Notes: generated by a model from the letters alone, not told the origin. Counted from the stretch's first letter, positions 36,466 through 46,404 are shown. The stretch is DNA of 64,000 bases from an uncultured Victivallales bacterium (GCA_964402115.1 CAYOBW010000006.1:3303-67302); one strand, 5' to 3'. Numbers and translations: made by a program.

Positions 36466-37350
36466 TCACAATGCGACCGGGAACGGTCCTGACGCCAGAC
36501 GATCGAGCCCGCCCGACGCCAGCAACACATCCAGCGCGGCGACCAGCCTCGGTTGATCCTTCGGCAGTCTCCCCTCCAACGGCACCAGGTTCGATGTGTG
36601 ATTGGCACGGAACACGGTGTGGCACAGTGCGAGGTTGGCAAGCAATAGGCGAAGTTCAGCCACAGCGGCATGCTCTGTCAGCATGGTGAAGCGTCCCGCG
36701 CGCCATGCCCCATGCAAGGCGGTGCCCGGAACCGGGATGACGCGCAGGACGGAGACGAGCCGCGGTTGCATGGCGTTCAGTGCTCGTGCGGTTGCGGCCG
36801 CGTGGTCGGCGCTTGCCGCGAACCCCGCCAACCCAGTCAGAACCATGACAGACATGCGCAAGCCGCAAGCCTGTGCCTGCTTACCTGCTGCCACCATCTC
36901 AGCGGCCGTTTCACGTTTCTTTACGTTCCTCAGCACGCTGTCAGCACCGCTCTCCAGTCCCATGTAAAGCGTGTGTAGCTTCAGGGTGCGTAGGATGGCA
37001 AGTTCGGACGCCGTGCGGGCGAGAATAGACGCCCCGTTGGCATAGATGCTCACCCGCGTCAGCCGCGGAAGACAGGCATTGAGGCAATCGAGGATGTCGC
37101 GCAGTTGTTCAAATGGCAAGGCCAACGCATCGCCGTCGGCCAGGAATACACGTTCGGTTTCCGGGGCTTGCGCTGCTGCGGCAGAGATCCGGCCGAGAAC
37201 CTCTGCCAGTGGAACAGCTTGGTAGCACACGCCCTTGTACATGCCGCAGAAGGTGCAGTTGTTCCAAGGACAACCCTCAGCAACGCGCAGGATAAGACTT
37301 GCTGCCTCTGCCGGTGGACGGAAGAGCGCGTTCTCGCGTCGCCTGGTCAT
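36466..37350 (-). CDS. radical SAM domain protein
   Basis: Cys cluster EGCPWNNCTFCGMY near the N-terminus (spacing C-x4-C-x2-C as read), then a TIM-barrel-like pattern (FLADGDAL, YMGLESG). Subfamily not recognised. Confidence 0.6.
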   Translation of the reverse strand: MTRRRENALFRPPAEAASLILRVAEGCPWNNCTFCGMYKGVCYQAVPLAEVLGRISAAAAQAPETERVFLADGDALALPFEQLRDILDCLNACLPRLTRVSIYANGASILARTASELAILRTLKLHTLYMGLESGADSVLRNVKKRETAAEMVAAGKQAQACGLRMSVMVLTGLAGFAASADHAAATARALNAMQPRLVSVLRVIPVPGTALHGAWRAGRFTMLTEHAAVAELRLLLANLALCHTVFRANHTSNLVPLEGRLPKDQPRLVAALDVLLASGGLDRLASGPFPVAL

Positions 37351-37937
37351 TCCGTTCCGCCGCCGCGGCCGTTGTAGATGATACCCCCTCTTCCTGCGTA
37401 ATCCTGCAGGACCGAGGTGGCTTCGTCGCGGCAGATGTCGACATGCACCTCGATGCCGCGCGACATCAGGGCTCTTGCCCAGTCCGGCGGCTTTGATCCC
37501 TCGTCCATGCCGATGGCGCGGGCATCCTCATCGCGCGCCCCGCACGCTACGCCGCGCACTCCTGACCAAGGTATGGCCCCCAGGCACATGGCGCAGGGCT
37601 CCGTGCTGGTCAGGAGCTCCATGGCCGGCAGTCCCGCCGCTCCCAAGTCGTGGGTGCCGCATACCCGCTGCGCCACGCCCAGCGCGACGATCTCGGCATG
37701 GGCGATCGAACAGCAGCCGGGTACGACCAGATTGACGCCGGGCGCCACAAGCCTGCCAGTGTCCCGCTCGAAAACGGCCGCGCCAAAAGGACCGCCTGTA
37801 CCGTGGCGGACATTCCGACGCGCCAGTTCGATGACGAGGCGCATCCGGCTTTCACGGTCCCGTCTGCAGTGCGCCAGTTCCGCCAGGCAGGCATCCATCC
37901 ACGACGGCAGGGCCAGGACGACGGAAGGATACTGCAT
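37347..37937 (-). CDS. CMP/dCMP-type zinc deaminase (tRNA adenosine or guanine deaminase-like)
   Basis: HAEIVAL and PCAMCLGAI zinc-binding motifs. Start set at MQYPSV (ATG 37935-37937), just downstream of the preceding stop, rather than the ORF-track start at 38147. Confidence 0.75.
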   Translation of the reverse strand: MQYPSVVLALPSWMDACLAELAHCRRDRESRMRLVIELARRNVRHGTGGPFGAAVFERDTGRLVAPGVNLVVPGCCSIAHAEIVALGVAQRVCGTHDLGAAGLPAMELLTSTEPCAMCLGAIPWSGVRGVACGARDEDARAIGMDEGSKPPDWARALMSRGIEVHVDICRDEATSVLQDYAGRGGIIYNGRGGGTE

Positions 37938-37951
37938 GCAGAACACCTCGG

Positions 37952-38743
37952 CTAGGTCCGTTCCTGCAGGTAGCTGACCTGCACGTCTTTGTTGAGCGGG
38001 ATGACCCAGCGTTCGTAGATGGCGACAACGCATTCCGGATCCAACGAGTGCACCCCCTCGGTGCTGTTCAAATCGGCAGCGTACATGCGGGCTTTGCGGC
38101 GGACGCGCGACAATACCTGTTTCTCCATGGATGTGTCGGTAATACATACCCGCAGCGCGTTCGTGTCTCGGGCATCGATGAGGGGCTGGAACCGTGCGGG
38201 GTCCGCGCGGTACTTGCTCTCTGCCACGAACTTACCATAGTGCACGCGCTTGGAAAGCGCTTGCAGGCAGTTCACGTCGCACACGGCACTTGACCCATAC
38301 TGTCCATCGTCGCCATCGCGACAAATGTAGGGGACGATCTCGCGTTCGTATGCGGCGAGCAAGCGGTCGTTGATGTTGACCGCTGTGGGGCGCAGCGGAT
38401 TCTCGTCGTAACGCAGGGCCGGCAAAATCGGGGGAGGCAGATCGCCGAAGAACGGGTGCTCGTCGGGACTCGTGTAGCGCCTCACGTGCGCATGGATTTC
38501 TTCGGTCGCCTTCAAAAGGTACCTGACAATGCTGAGGCGTTCCTGTCCGGCGTCCAGCTTCTCCGCTTCATAAACGACCGAATTCGAGCAGTACTGCGCC
38601 CGTTCGATGAGTCCGAAGATGATCGTCTCCTCCAAGCGGGCCAATACATTCCGCACGTTTTCGAGTCGCAGCTGTTCGTTCACGGCTTCACTCTCAGATC
38701 CCGCAGCGCAAAGAGCCGGGCAGACCCGGCAGCGAGTCCCCAC
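37952..38743 (-). CDS. chorismate mutase, eukaryotic (ARO7-like) AroQ type
   Basis: About 260 aa. Contains NVRNVLARLEETIIFGLIERAQ, RYTSPDEHPFF, INDRLLAAYEREIVP, and LSKRVHYGKFVAESKY, which match my recollection of the long yeast/plant CM family rather than the ~90-aa bacterial AroQ. Start uncertain. Confidence 0.65.
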   Translation of the reverse strand: MGTRCRVCPALCAAGSESEAVNEQLRLENVRNVLARLEETIIFGLIERAQYCSNSVVYEAEKLDAGQERLSIVRYLLKATEEIHAHVRRYTSPDEHPFFGDLPPPILPALRYDENPLRPTAVNINDRLLAAYEREIVPYICRDGDDGQYGSSAVCDVNCLQALSKRVHYGKFVAESKYRADPARFQPLIDARDTNALRVCITDTSMEKQVLSRVRRKARMYAADLNSTEGVHSLDPECVVAIYERWVIPLNKDVQVSYLQERT

Positions 38744-38861
38744 GGCCGCAGCATAACCAGTGGCAGGTCAGATGGTCAAAGGCAATAGCACCAGATGCCG
38801 CTCCTGCTTATAGGCAAGAAAAGCATCTGCCTGCGCAAGCCGAATGTCGGTAAGCTGACAA

Positions 38862-38889
38862 GGAACCCGGCGTCTCGGCGCCGGGTTCC
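38862..38889 (-). terminator. GC-rich hairpin downstream of the DUF2934 gene
   Basis: GGAACCCGGCG (38862-38872), loop TCTCGG, CGCCGGGTTCC (38879-38889), giving an 11-bp stem. The flanking T-tract on the minus strand is weak. Confidence 0.45.
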
Positions 38890-38910
38890 CTTATCCTCAA
38901 GACGGTCGCC

Positions 38911-39213
38911 TCAACCCGCTTTGCTGAGCACTTGCTTCTCCGCTGTCACCCAGTAGTGATGCGGGCTGCCCCTGAAGCCGTCCTTCTCAGCCAGAAAGTA
39001 GGCGGTCTCCTCGATCTTCTTGAGCAGGCTCTTGCCGGTCTCCTTGGGCTCCGCTTTCGGAGCAGGCGTAGGGACGGCAGAGGTCTGCGGCTTGATGCTG
39101 TTCGCAATGACCGACGCCTGGGGGGCCGGCTTAGCCGTCCGCTTTGTCGTCGCTTGCGGTGTCTTGGCACTGGTGCTCGTCTTCGTTGCCACGGGTGTCT
39201 TCTTCGTTGCCAT
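38911..39213 (-). CDS. DUF2934-like small protein with a Thr/Ala/Pro/Lys-rich N-terminus
   Basis: The C-terminal IEETAYFLAEKDGFRGSPHHYWVTAEKQV matches the DUF2934 pattern (I...AY......G...G....dW..AE). GGAGG-like site (AACAGGAGGTTAAC) upstream. Confidence 0.65.
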   Translation of the reverse strand: MATKKTPVATKTSTSAKTPQATTKRTAKPAPQASVIANSIKPQTSAVPTPAPKAEPKETGKSLLKKIEETAYFLAEKDGFRGSPHHYWVTAEKQVLSKAG

Positions 39214-39495
39214 GGTGTTAACCTCCTGTTGTTGTTATCACTCGTCGGCTCTCCGCGGGGGGCACCACGTGCTCGCCGTTGCGGGAAGCCGCATCTTCGC
39301 CACCGCGCTCCTGTCAACCCGCAACCCCTGCGGGAATGGCAGCGCGATAAATCCAACCCATTGAAAATCAGGCGCCGATAAGCTCTACATCGCGCGTCAG
39401 CCCCCGAAGGGCTCCTGCACCGGCTTGTGACGCGTCGATCCGGCCTAAAGGGCTCTCCCGGATAACGAAGGGCGGTTACTGTGCCACAATCGCCG

Positions 39496-39524
39496 TTGAG
39501 TCGTCAAGGGACATTTGCTATCCT
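39496..39524 (+). promoter_or_regulatory. candidate sigma70-type promoter for the DHH gene
   Basis: TTGAGT (39496-39501), a 17-nt spacer, then TATCCT (39519-39524). Pattern match only. Confidence 0.25.
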
Positions 39525-39546
39525 GACCCGATTGGCAGGAAGGACG

Positions 39547-40677
39547 ATGACAACACCGCGAATGAGAAGATCACGGGCGAAGCTCGCCCGCATGCGGACG
39601 GTATGGGCGGGAAAACCCTCCTTGCTGATCGTTCTGCAGGACTTTCCCGATCCGGATGCGATCGCCGCAGCCGCGTCTTTGCGCGAGTTGGCCTATGCGG
39701 ATGGCATTGCGACCTGCTCCATCGGTTGCTCCGGATTCGTGGGTCGTGCCGAGAACCGCGCCTTGGTGGGCTACCTGGGACTGCGTCTGCATCCCCTGGC
39801 GGAATTGGATCTCTCGGCATTTTCAGTGCTGGCCATGGTGGACACGCAACCGGAGACCGGCAACAACTCCCTCCAGGCCGGGGTTGTACCCCAGATCGTT
39901 ATCGATCACCACCCCATGCGCAAGGCTACGCGGCGCGTGGATTTCTACGATATCCGCAGTCGATATGGCGCCACAGCAACTATTCTGTTTGAGTATCTCA
40001 AGGCCGCGGATCTCAAGCCGGACATTCAATTAGCCACGGCGCTGGCCTACGGCATCCGGTCGGACACGAATGACCTCGGCCGGGAAACCTCGGATGCCGA
40101 CATCGAGGCCTTTCTGGAGTTGTATCCGCTATCCAACAAGCGCAAACTCGGACGCATTGAAACCGAACGCCTGCCGCGGGACTACTTTGCCATTCTGGCT
40201 GCGGCGTTGCGCAATGCGGCGACGTACGGTCGGTGTATCGTGTCCGCGCTCGGAACCATCAACAACCCCGACATGATCGGAGAAGTGGCGGATCTCTTGC
40301 TGCGCAACGAGGAGAGCGCGTGGGCGCTTTGTCACGGGCACTACCAGGACGAGTTGCTGGTTTCGCTGCGCACGTCCGAGCCTGGAGCCAATGCCGGCAA
40401 GGTCATGCACCGGATCGTAGGGCGCGACGGCAGCGGCGGTGGGCATAACGCCATGGCTGGCGGACAGATTCCCCTCAAGCTGCGCCCATCTGCCAGCATG
40501 CATCGCCTTGAACGGACGTTGGTGCGCCGTTTCCTGCGCGTAGTGGGTGAATCGTCGGCTGAGGGCGTCTGGCTCGTGCCCTCGCCTGGCCGCAAGCGTG
40601 GCGCGCCGCGCATCCGACGCAGTCGGAAGGCGCGGGCGTCATGGACACTCGACGCCCAGCGGAACGAGTCCCTGTAG
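39547..40677 (+). CDS. DHH/DHHA1 family phosphoesterase (NrnA-like)
   Basis: Motifs DFPDPDAIAAAASL, MVDTQP, VIDHHP, and GGGHNAMAGG. Start at MTTPRM after AGGAAGGA. Confidence 0.8.
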   Translation: MTTPRMRRSRAKLARMRTVWAGKPSLLIVLQDFPDPDAIAAAASLRELAYADGIATCSIGCSGFVGRAENRALVGYLGLRLHPLAELDLSAFSVLAMVDTQPETGNNSLQAGVVPQIVIDHHPMRKATRRVDFYDIRSRYGATATILFEYLKAADLKPDIQLATALAYGIRSDTNDLGRETSDADIEAFLELYPLSNKRKLGRIETERLPRDYFAILAAALRNAATYGRCIVSALGTINNPDMIGEVADLLLRNEESAWALCHGHYQDELLVSLRTSEPGANAGKVMHRIVGRDGSGGGHNAMAGGQIPLKLRPSASMHRLERTLVRRFLRVVGESSAEGVWLVPSPGRKRGAPRIRRSRKARASWTLDAQRNESL

Positions 40678-40780
40678 TCATGCACGGGCCATGACAGCGA
40701 GAGGCGCGCGGAAACTGGCTTGTAAGCAGGCGCGAACGTTGCGCGAGACGCGTGACGTGGCGCGCCAGGAGGCGTGGACC

Positions 40781-40948
40781 ATGGGTGACAGGAAGACGTT
40801 GTGCAGTTGGAAGCGTGGCAAGTACGAGGAAAAGCTCGACAAGCTGTCGGCCTTGGTCCGCAACCCCCGCTATGTGTGCGTGCGTTGTGGTCGGGCAGCC
40901 GCAGATAAAGACCAACTCTGTAAACCGGCTCGTCTCGAGAACGGCTAG
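40781..40948 (+). CDS. small (55 aa) Cys-containing hypothetical protein
   Basis: AGGAGG 8 nt upstream of the ATG. Sequence MGDRKTLCSWKRGKYEEKLDKLSALVRNPRYVCVRCGRAAADKDQLCKP, with C-x2-C plus two other Cys residues. No family recalled. Confidence 0.4.
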   Translation: MGDRKTLCSWKRGKYEEKLDKLSALVRNPRYVCVRCGRAAADKDQLCKPARLENG

Positions 40949-40978
40949 GAGGAGACCGCCTGACACCAGGACCGGAGG

Positions 40979-42004
40979 ATGCAAATGCCCCCGCAGACAG
41001 AGCGCTTGATCTTGCCGCGCGCGGACGATTTTCACGTGCATCTGCGACAGGGTGACATGCTTCGCATGCTCGCTCCGCTGGTGGCCGTCGGGGGGGTTGG
41101 GCGCTGTCTGGTCATGCCCAATACCCAGCCTCCGCTTGCACTGCCCGCCGCTGCCCTGGCCTATCGCGATACCCTCAGGCAGGCGGCGCCTGGCACCGAT
41201 TTTCTGCTGTCACTCTACCTTACGCCGGAGTTGACGCCTGCGCGGGTGCAGGAGGCTGCCGCCGCGGGCATCACGGCTGTGAAGTGCTACCCGCGCGGTG
41301 TCACCACGCATTCCGATCAGGGCGTCGAAGATCTTGGGCGCTATGCGGACGTTTTCGCCGCCATGGCGGACCTTCGCCTGGTGTTGTCATTGCACGGCGA
41401 AATGCCGGCAAACCCGGCCCGCGACATCTGCGCCTTGAATGCGGAAGCTGCCTTTCTGGGTGAGCTTGAGCGTTTGCATCGTACATTTCCCCGCCTGCGC
41501 ATCGTCCTGGAGCATGTGACCACAGCGGAAGGGGTCGCCTGCGTGCGAGCCTTAGGCCCCACCGTGGCGGCGACCATCACGGCTCATCACTTGGATTTGA
41601 CCGTGGATGATTGGGCGGGTCGCAATCACAACTTCTGCAAGCCGGTTGCCAAGTACCCGCACGACCGCGAAGCGCTTCGGGCGGTCGTTGGCGAAGGTCA
41701 CTCCCGGTTCTTCCTGGGTTCTGATTCGGCGCCTCACACGCGCGACCGCAAGGAGTGCGCCTGCGGCTGTGCCGGGGTGTTCACCGCGCCGCTGCTTCTG
41801 CCGTACCTGGCGGACACCTTCGACCGCCTGGGCTGCCTGGATCGTCTTCCGGATTTCATCGGACGCTTCGGGCACGAGTTCTACGAACTCCCGCCGCTGA
41901 ATGGTTCCACGATCCTCCAGCGGCGCGACACCCGGGTGCCCGAAGTGTTCGGCTCGGTGGTGCCATATCGTGCCGGCGAGACGCTGCGCTGGGGCGTGGT
42001 CTGA
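40979..42004 (+). CDS. pyrC: dihydroorotase (homodimeric, E. coli PyrC type)
   Basis: RADDFHVHLRQGDML (compare E. coli RPDDWHLHLRDGDML), a size of about 340 aa, and FLGSDSAPH. Confidence 0.85.
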   Translation: MQMPPQTERLILPRADDFHVHLRQGDMLRMLAPLVAVGGVGRCLVMPNTQPPLALPAAALAYRDTLRQAAPGTDFLLSLYLTPELTPARVQEAAAAGITAVKCYPRGVTTHSDQGVEDLGRYADVFAAMADLRLVLSLHGEMPANPARDICALNAEAAFLGELERLHRTFPRLRIVLEHVTTAEGVACVRALGPTVAATITAHHLDLTVDDWAGRNHNFCKPVAKYPHDREALRAVVGEGHSRFFLGSDSAPHTRDRKECACGCAGVFTAPLLLPYLADTFDRLGCLDRLPDFIGRFGHEFYELPPLNGSTILQRRDTRVPEVFGSVVPYRAGETLRWGVV

Positions 42005-42008
42005 CCCC

Positions 42009-42653
42009 TCAGTGGTCGACGAGGTTGGATGGTTGCCGCCGACCCTCCTGCAGAATCAGTCCCCCCAGAATGCGCGCGCGCCCTCCGCCGGTTGTCACGT
42101 CCGCCCACTCGTCGCGCGTATGCCACTCCACGGCGCCGTTCAGACGCAGCACATTACCACCCTTGCCGGCATGATTCAGCCCGAACGACTGCGCGTCGCC
42201 ATTCCAGATCAACTCCTTGCCGTTCTTGTCGGACAGGAGCAGCGCCAGGCCGTTCGTGAAGGCCTCCGACAACCTGCCGGAGACGAGGCAGTTGCCGGCC
42301 GTTCAGCCATACGACCGTTCGTGCGTGGCCATGTTGTAGCTGCACGACAGGCTGGACAAGGGGTCTCCTCCCGGTGCGCGCGGTAGCCGTCCGGCGCTGG
42401 GACAGACGAACGTCTGCGGCGGTAGCGTGCCCAGCAATTCCCCGAGCTTCAGCGGGAATTCGCCGCCGTGGTCGGCGGCGTGACTGTGGATAGCCAGGCC
42501 AATCTGGCGGATGTTCTGCGCGCAGGAGGCCCGTCGTGCGCGTTCCCGTGCCGCACTGACGGCCGGTAAGAGCAAGCCGGCCAGCAGGCTGACGATCATA
42601 ATCACGGCCAGTAGTTCAATCAGAGTGAAGGCCGTAGGCAGGTGTTTGCTCAT
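42009..42653 (-). pseudogene. DUF1559 / H-X9-DG prepilin-like protein interrupted by an in-frame TGA
   Basis: The N-terminal part (42303-42653) has [47 protein letters not shown]. The C-terminal part (42009-42272) is in the same frame and has HAGKGGNVLRLNGAVEW. A single TGA at 42303-42305 separates them. The start ATG overlaps the upstream gene's stop (ATGA). Confidence 0.55.
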
Positions 42654-44812
42654 GGCGCGCTCCTCCTTCCGTCAACGCGGGCAGCTTCTTTCGTGGCGGT
42701 TTCCGGTACGTTCCAGTCAACGACCACATCGTTCACCAGCAGGCGCGGTCCGTCGCGGCGCGTGTGCCCGCCAGCGGGTGTGCGCACCGTCACGGCGGCG
42801 GTCTTGCCGGCCAGCGAGAGAGGGGCCGTTCCATGGATGTCACGCACAAGGAAGCGGTGGGTTACGGCGTCGTACAGGTCCACCGGTTGATCGCCAACCG
42901 CCACGCTGACCTTGCGCTGCGTCGCGTGGGGATTGTAGTAAAGGTGCGTCGGATAGGCGGGCGCATGGAAGAAATCCGTCGCCAGGCAATCCACCTGCAA
43001 GATGCCCTCCTGGTCCGTTGTCGTTACGCAACCACCCAGCCAGCCGACGTGAGAAGATCCGTACAACGCAAGGTTCATGGGCCCCCACTGCCAGCCCACG
43101 GGATCACCCGTGGCAAACGGCCGCGTGGCAGTGTCAACCACGTGTACGCGTAAGCGGTTGATCTGCAGGCGCGCGTGCACGCCTGCAGGTGTGGTTGGGG
43201 TATCGATGGAGGCTCTCACGTACACGACGTTGTTGGTGCCGGTTAGCAGCTGGCCGTGAGCCTGCTCCTGGCCAGTAGCTGGCAGCGTGAACAGCGGCAG
43301 CCAAGGTCCCTCCACGCTGCAGCCTTGGGACAACAGGCAACTCGTGGCGTCGGGTGCGCCCGGCACGATGCGTCCTTGAAGCCAGATCGTGCGACGGTTT
43401 CCCGGCGACAAGGGTATCTCCCAGACGTGCTCCAAACGCTCCCTGTCGCCAACCGTGGCCGACTCCAACTCCTCCCGCGCGTGATCGATTCCGCCCAGGC
43501 TCTGCCAGGAACCAGTCACGATGCGTCCCGGCGTGGTGCGAACGTCGCGGGTCGGCGCGTCGTAGCGCAGTGCCATGTGCCGCAGTCCCTCGTAGGCCAG
43601 GCAGGACTCCGGGTCATGTTGGTCAGCCCACGTGCGGTGATCCTGGTGGTTGGCGGGCAGGGCGGCGGCGTAGAACAGTCGCGCGGCATTGGTCAGATTG
43701 AGCAGCCACTTGCCCAGGTCGCTGGCGTAACTGGAATCGTAGCGGGCCAGCGGGGCGAGTGTGCCGGCCCACTGGAACGTGTTCATGGAAAAGGCATAGC
43801 CATCTGTATCGGTGACGCTGCCAACCAAACCATGGCAGTCATAGTCGCCGAACCGCATTGCCAACACGCCCCAATGGGGGCGGGCTTGGGGCCGGTCGCG
43901 CGGCTCAAAACACCAGTTGAGCAGTTTCGGTAGATCGTACCGGCTGCCTGTCTCGGCATTCATGCGCACTGCTGCCATGGCGCCATAGGGTAACAGCACC
44001 TCGTACAAGGGGTTTGCCTCGGCGGGCCGTCGCTCGAGAGCGCCCAGAGCCCACTTCGCCGCTTGAAGCATGCGCGGGTCGCGGAAGCGCTGCCAGGCCA
44101 TGAACTCCAGCCAGGCGATACCTGCGGCGCCCTCGGGTTCGATCCGATCGCCATGATCGTTCGGTGTCAGGGTCTGGCAGTTGAACCCCGTGTGGTTGAA
44201 ATCGGGCCACGCGGGCGGATTCGTGGCCGCGCCCAGGGCCACGCAGGCCGCCTGCCAGCGCAGGGCCGCAGCGCGGAGCAACTCGTCGCGGGCCGGGTTA
44301 TGCGGGTAGAGCGCGCCCAGTTGAAACGCCAGCACGTTGGGCAGTACGTCGTACCAGAACGAGCCCCCCGTGCCGCCGCGCACGCTGTTGGCGTAGACCC
44401 CGTGCGAGGAACTGAAGAAATTCGTGCTCAGCCTAACCCAGTCCTGGCCGCGGTACTGGCGCATATCCAGCCCGACCAGGCTCCCGCTGACAAGTGCCGC
44501 CAGGAACTGAATGGCTTCGGTGTCTCCTCTGGCGCCCACGTACGAGGGCATGCGCAACAGGGTTCGTTGATCGTCCTGCCAACTGAGCAGCGGGAGATGT
44601 GTGCCGCACTTGCCCGTGTCAAAAGCCAAACCCATGTAGTCGAGAGTGACCTTGTGCCAGTCGCGCACCGACAGGGGTTGCGGCAGGTCGGGCATGAGCG
44701 CCACACGAGCGATACGACCGCGGGGCAGACCCGTGTCGCTCGCGCTCGCAGACGCCCCGACGAGTGTCAGGGCCAACAGACAACCCAACGAACCTGCGCA
44801 CCGGGATTGCAT
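42650..44812 (-). CDS. secreted protein of unknown function (possibly an alpha/alpha-barrel glycoside hydrolase or lyase-like protein)
   Basis: Start set at [24 protein letters not shown] (signal peptide), not the ORF-track start at 45136. About 720 aa, with no motif confidently recognised. Confidence 0.7.
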   Translation of the reverse strand: MQSRCAGSLGCLLALTLVGASASASDTGLPRGRIARVALMPDLPQPLSVRDWHKVTLDYMGLAFDTGKCGTHLPLLSWQDDQRTLLRMPSYVGARGDTEAIQFLAALVSGSLVGLDMRQYRGQDWVRLSTNFFSSSHGVYANSVRGGTGGSFWYDVLPNVLAFQLGALYPHNPARDELLRAAALRWQAACVALGAATNPPAWPDFNHTGFNCQTLTPNDHGDRIEPEGAAGIAWLEFMAWQRFRDPRMLQAAKWALGALERRPAEANPLYEVLLPYGAMAAVRMNAETGSRYDLPKLLNWCFEPRDRPQARPHWGVLAMRFGDYDCHGLVGSVTDTDGYAFSMNTFQWAGTLAPLARYDSSYASDLGKWLLNLTNAARLFYAAALPANHQDHRTWADQHDPESCLAYEGLRHMALRYDAPTRDVRTTPGRIVTGSWQSLGGIDHAREELESATVGDRERLEHVWEIPLSPGNRRTIWLQGRIVPGAPDATSCLLSQGCSVEGPWLPLFTLPATGQEQAHGQLLTGTNNVVYVRASIDTPTTPAGVHARLQINRLRVHVVDTATRPFATGDPVGWQWGPMNLALYGSSHVGWLGGCVTTTDQEGILQVDCLATDFFHAPAYPTHLYYNPHATQRKVSVAVGDQPVDLYDAVTHRFLVRDIHGTAPLSLAGKTAAVTVRTPAGGHTRRDGPRLLVNDVVVDWNVPETATKEAARVDGRRSAP

Positions 44813-44862
44813 GACGCGGAGATCGCCTTTTCGCCTGCCAGCCGTCGGGTATGTGCAGGCTG

Positions 44863-46404
44863 CTATGGGGTCTTGAAGTCCGGCGTGGGTACGCAAACCA
44901 GGCGCAACCCCGTCCATTCGGCATCCACGAACCACCAGATGCTCTTGGGTTCGTTGGGGTAGTTCATATTCCAGGCCGGCACTTCCACGAGGCGGCACAC
45001 ATAGCCGAGCTGCTTGCGCGTGCTGGTGTAGTTGCCGCCAAGGACGACCCGCTCTTCGCCCGTGCCTGTCACCCACTCGCAAACGTTGCCAGCCATGTCG
45101 TGCAGGCCAAGCGTGTTGGGGGCCTTCGATCCGCACTTGCGCGGCTTGTACTTACCGTCGAAGTCGTCGAAGGAGTTGCCCTCGAACGTTGCCACTTGCG
45201 CCGCAGCATCGTCCGAGACCGGTGGTTCGGTCAAGCTGCCACCCCCCAGAACCCAGGCGTGTTTCCATTCGGCTTCCGTCGGCAGGCGGTACTTGTGTCC
45301 GGTTTGCTTGCCCAGCCACTTGCAGTACAACTCCGCGCTCAGGCGTGACATGCTCAGCGCCGGATAGCCGCTGGTGCCGTAGCCGCGCGTGACGTCGATG
45401 TACGACATGCTCGGTCGCAGCTTCTTGGCGCGCAGCACGCCGTGCTGTTCCTTCTCCTTCACGTCCTCGCAGGTCATCCATGGCATGAATTCATCCCACG
45501 TCACCTCGCGCTTGCCCAGGTAGAAGGGCTTGATGCCAGCGGCTGGATCGCCCGGCATTAGCACCATGTCGAATTTCACCTGTGTCGCCGCGATGATTTC
45601 AGCAAAGGCGGGCGGCAGTTTGCTCGCATCCACCGCGCCGCTGACCTCCTGCTCGTCTGTGTCTACGTCCGCCATGCTGGCTGCCGCCTTCCCGTCGGCA
45701 AGCGCCTCGACCTTGACCTTGATGGCAACCTCGTGGGAGATGTTGTCATCTGTCAGCAGGCCGAAACCGATGCTGTCGACGAAGTTCGCGTTGAATGCCT
45801 TACGGTCGAGACTGAACGCGCTCTTCAGCGTCAGGCGGTCTGCCTTGGCGTCCAGGATGGCCGGGAAGGAAATCGATTTCTCGATGCCATTCAGCTTGAA
45901 GTTACCCTCTATGCTGTGCGTGGCATTCGAGAAAGTGCTTCCGGTTGCACCAAGGGGCTTGATTGACGTGCTGGTGAACGTGGCCTTGGGATGCTGGTTG
46001 ACCAGGAAGAAACCCCGCTTGAGCAGTGCGTCGGTCAGGATGTCGTGCTCGGACCAGACTGAAGCCATGTCGATTTCGACCGAAATCTGCTTCAGTGTGC
46101 CATCCGCCCCAACCACCGCCTGACCGGTGAGCCGGCTGTTGAAATCGCCGCTCCAGCCGCCCTGCACGCTTAGCGTCTTGCCCGCAAGCGTCTTCGCGCA
46201 GGAGAAGTCTATGACCGTGTTCGTGCTGTTGAGCAGAAAAGCTCGATCATCCGTAGCCTTTTGCACGGCGATCACCTGGCGGGCCGCACCCGCGCCGGCT
46301 TTGTCCAGCTTCTTGGCCTCCTCCTCCGTGCTGGGAATGAGCAGCACAGCCACAACGCCCACTACGATCAACGCCACAGCCACCCACAGCAGTTTCTTCT
46401 TCAT
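44863..46404 (-). CDS. membrane-anchored YceI-like domain fused to an FGE-sulfatase (SUMF1) domain
   Basis: N-terminal TM segment (LLWVAVALIVVGVVAVLLI), a YceI-like segment (IDMASVWSEHDILTDALLKRGFFLVNQHPKATFTSTSI), and a C-terminal FGE-domain pattern (YRLPTEAEW...HDMAGNVCEWV...GLRLVC). The paired catalytic Cys motif of true FGE was not seen. Confidence 0.7.
   Translation of the reverse strand: MKKKLLWVAVALIVVGVVAVLLIPSTEEEAKKLDKAGAGAARQVIAVQKATDDRAFLLNSTNTVIDFSCAKTLAGKTLSVQGGWSGDFNSRLTGQAVVGADGTLKQISVEIDMASVWSEHDILTDALLKRGFFLVNQHPKATFTSTSIKPLGATGSTFSNATHSIEGNFKLNGIEKSISFPAILDAKADRLTLKSAFSLDRKAFNANFVDSIGFGLLTDDNISHEVAIKVKVEALADGKAAASMADVDTDEQEVSGAVDASKLPPAFAEIIAATQVKFDMVLMPGDPAAGIKPFYLGKREVTWDEFMPWMTCEDVKEKEQHGVLRAKKLRPSMSYIDVTRGYGTSGYPALSMSRLSAELYCKWLGKQTGHKYRLPTEAEWKHAWVLGGGSLTEPPVSDDAAAQVATFEGNSFDDFDGKYKPRKCGSKAPNTLGLHDMAGNVCEWVTGTGEERVVLGGNYTSTRKQLGYVCRLVEVPAWNMNYPNEPKSIWWFVDAEWTGLRLVCVPTPDFKTP

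Noticed and set aside
42303-42305. In-frame TGA considered as selenocysteine or a reassigned codon
   Set aside because: TGA clearly terminates several well-defined genes in this window. DUF1559 proteins are not known selenoproteins. I could not identify a convincing SECIS-like hairpin by eye. A pseudogene or sequencing error is the simpler explanation.
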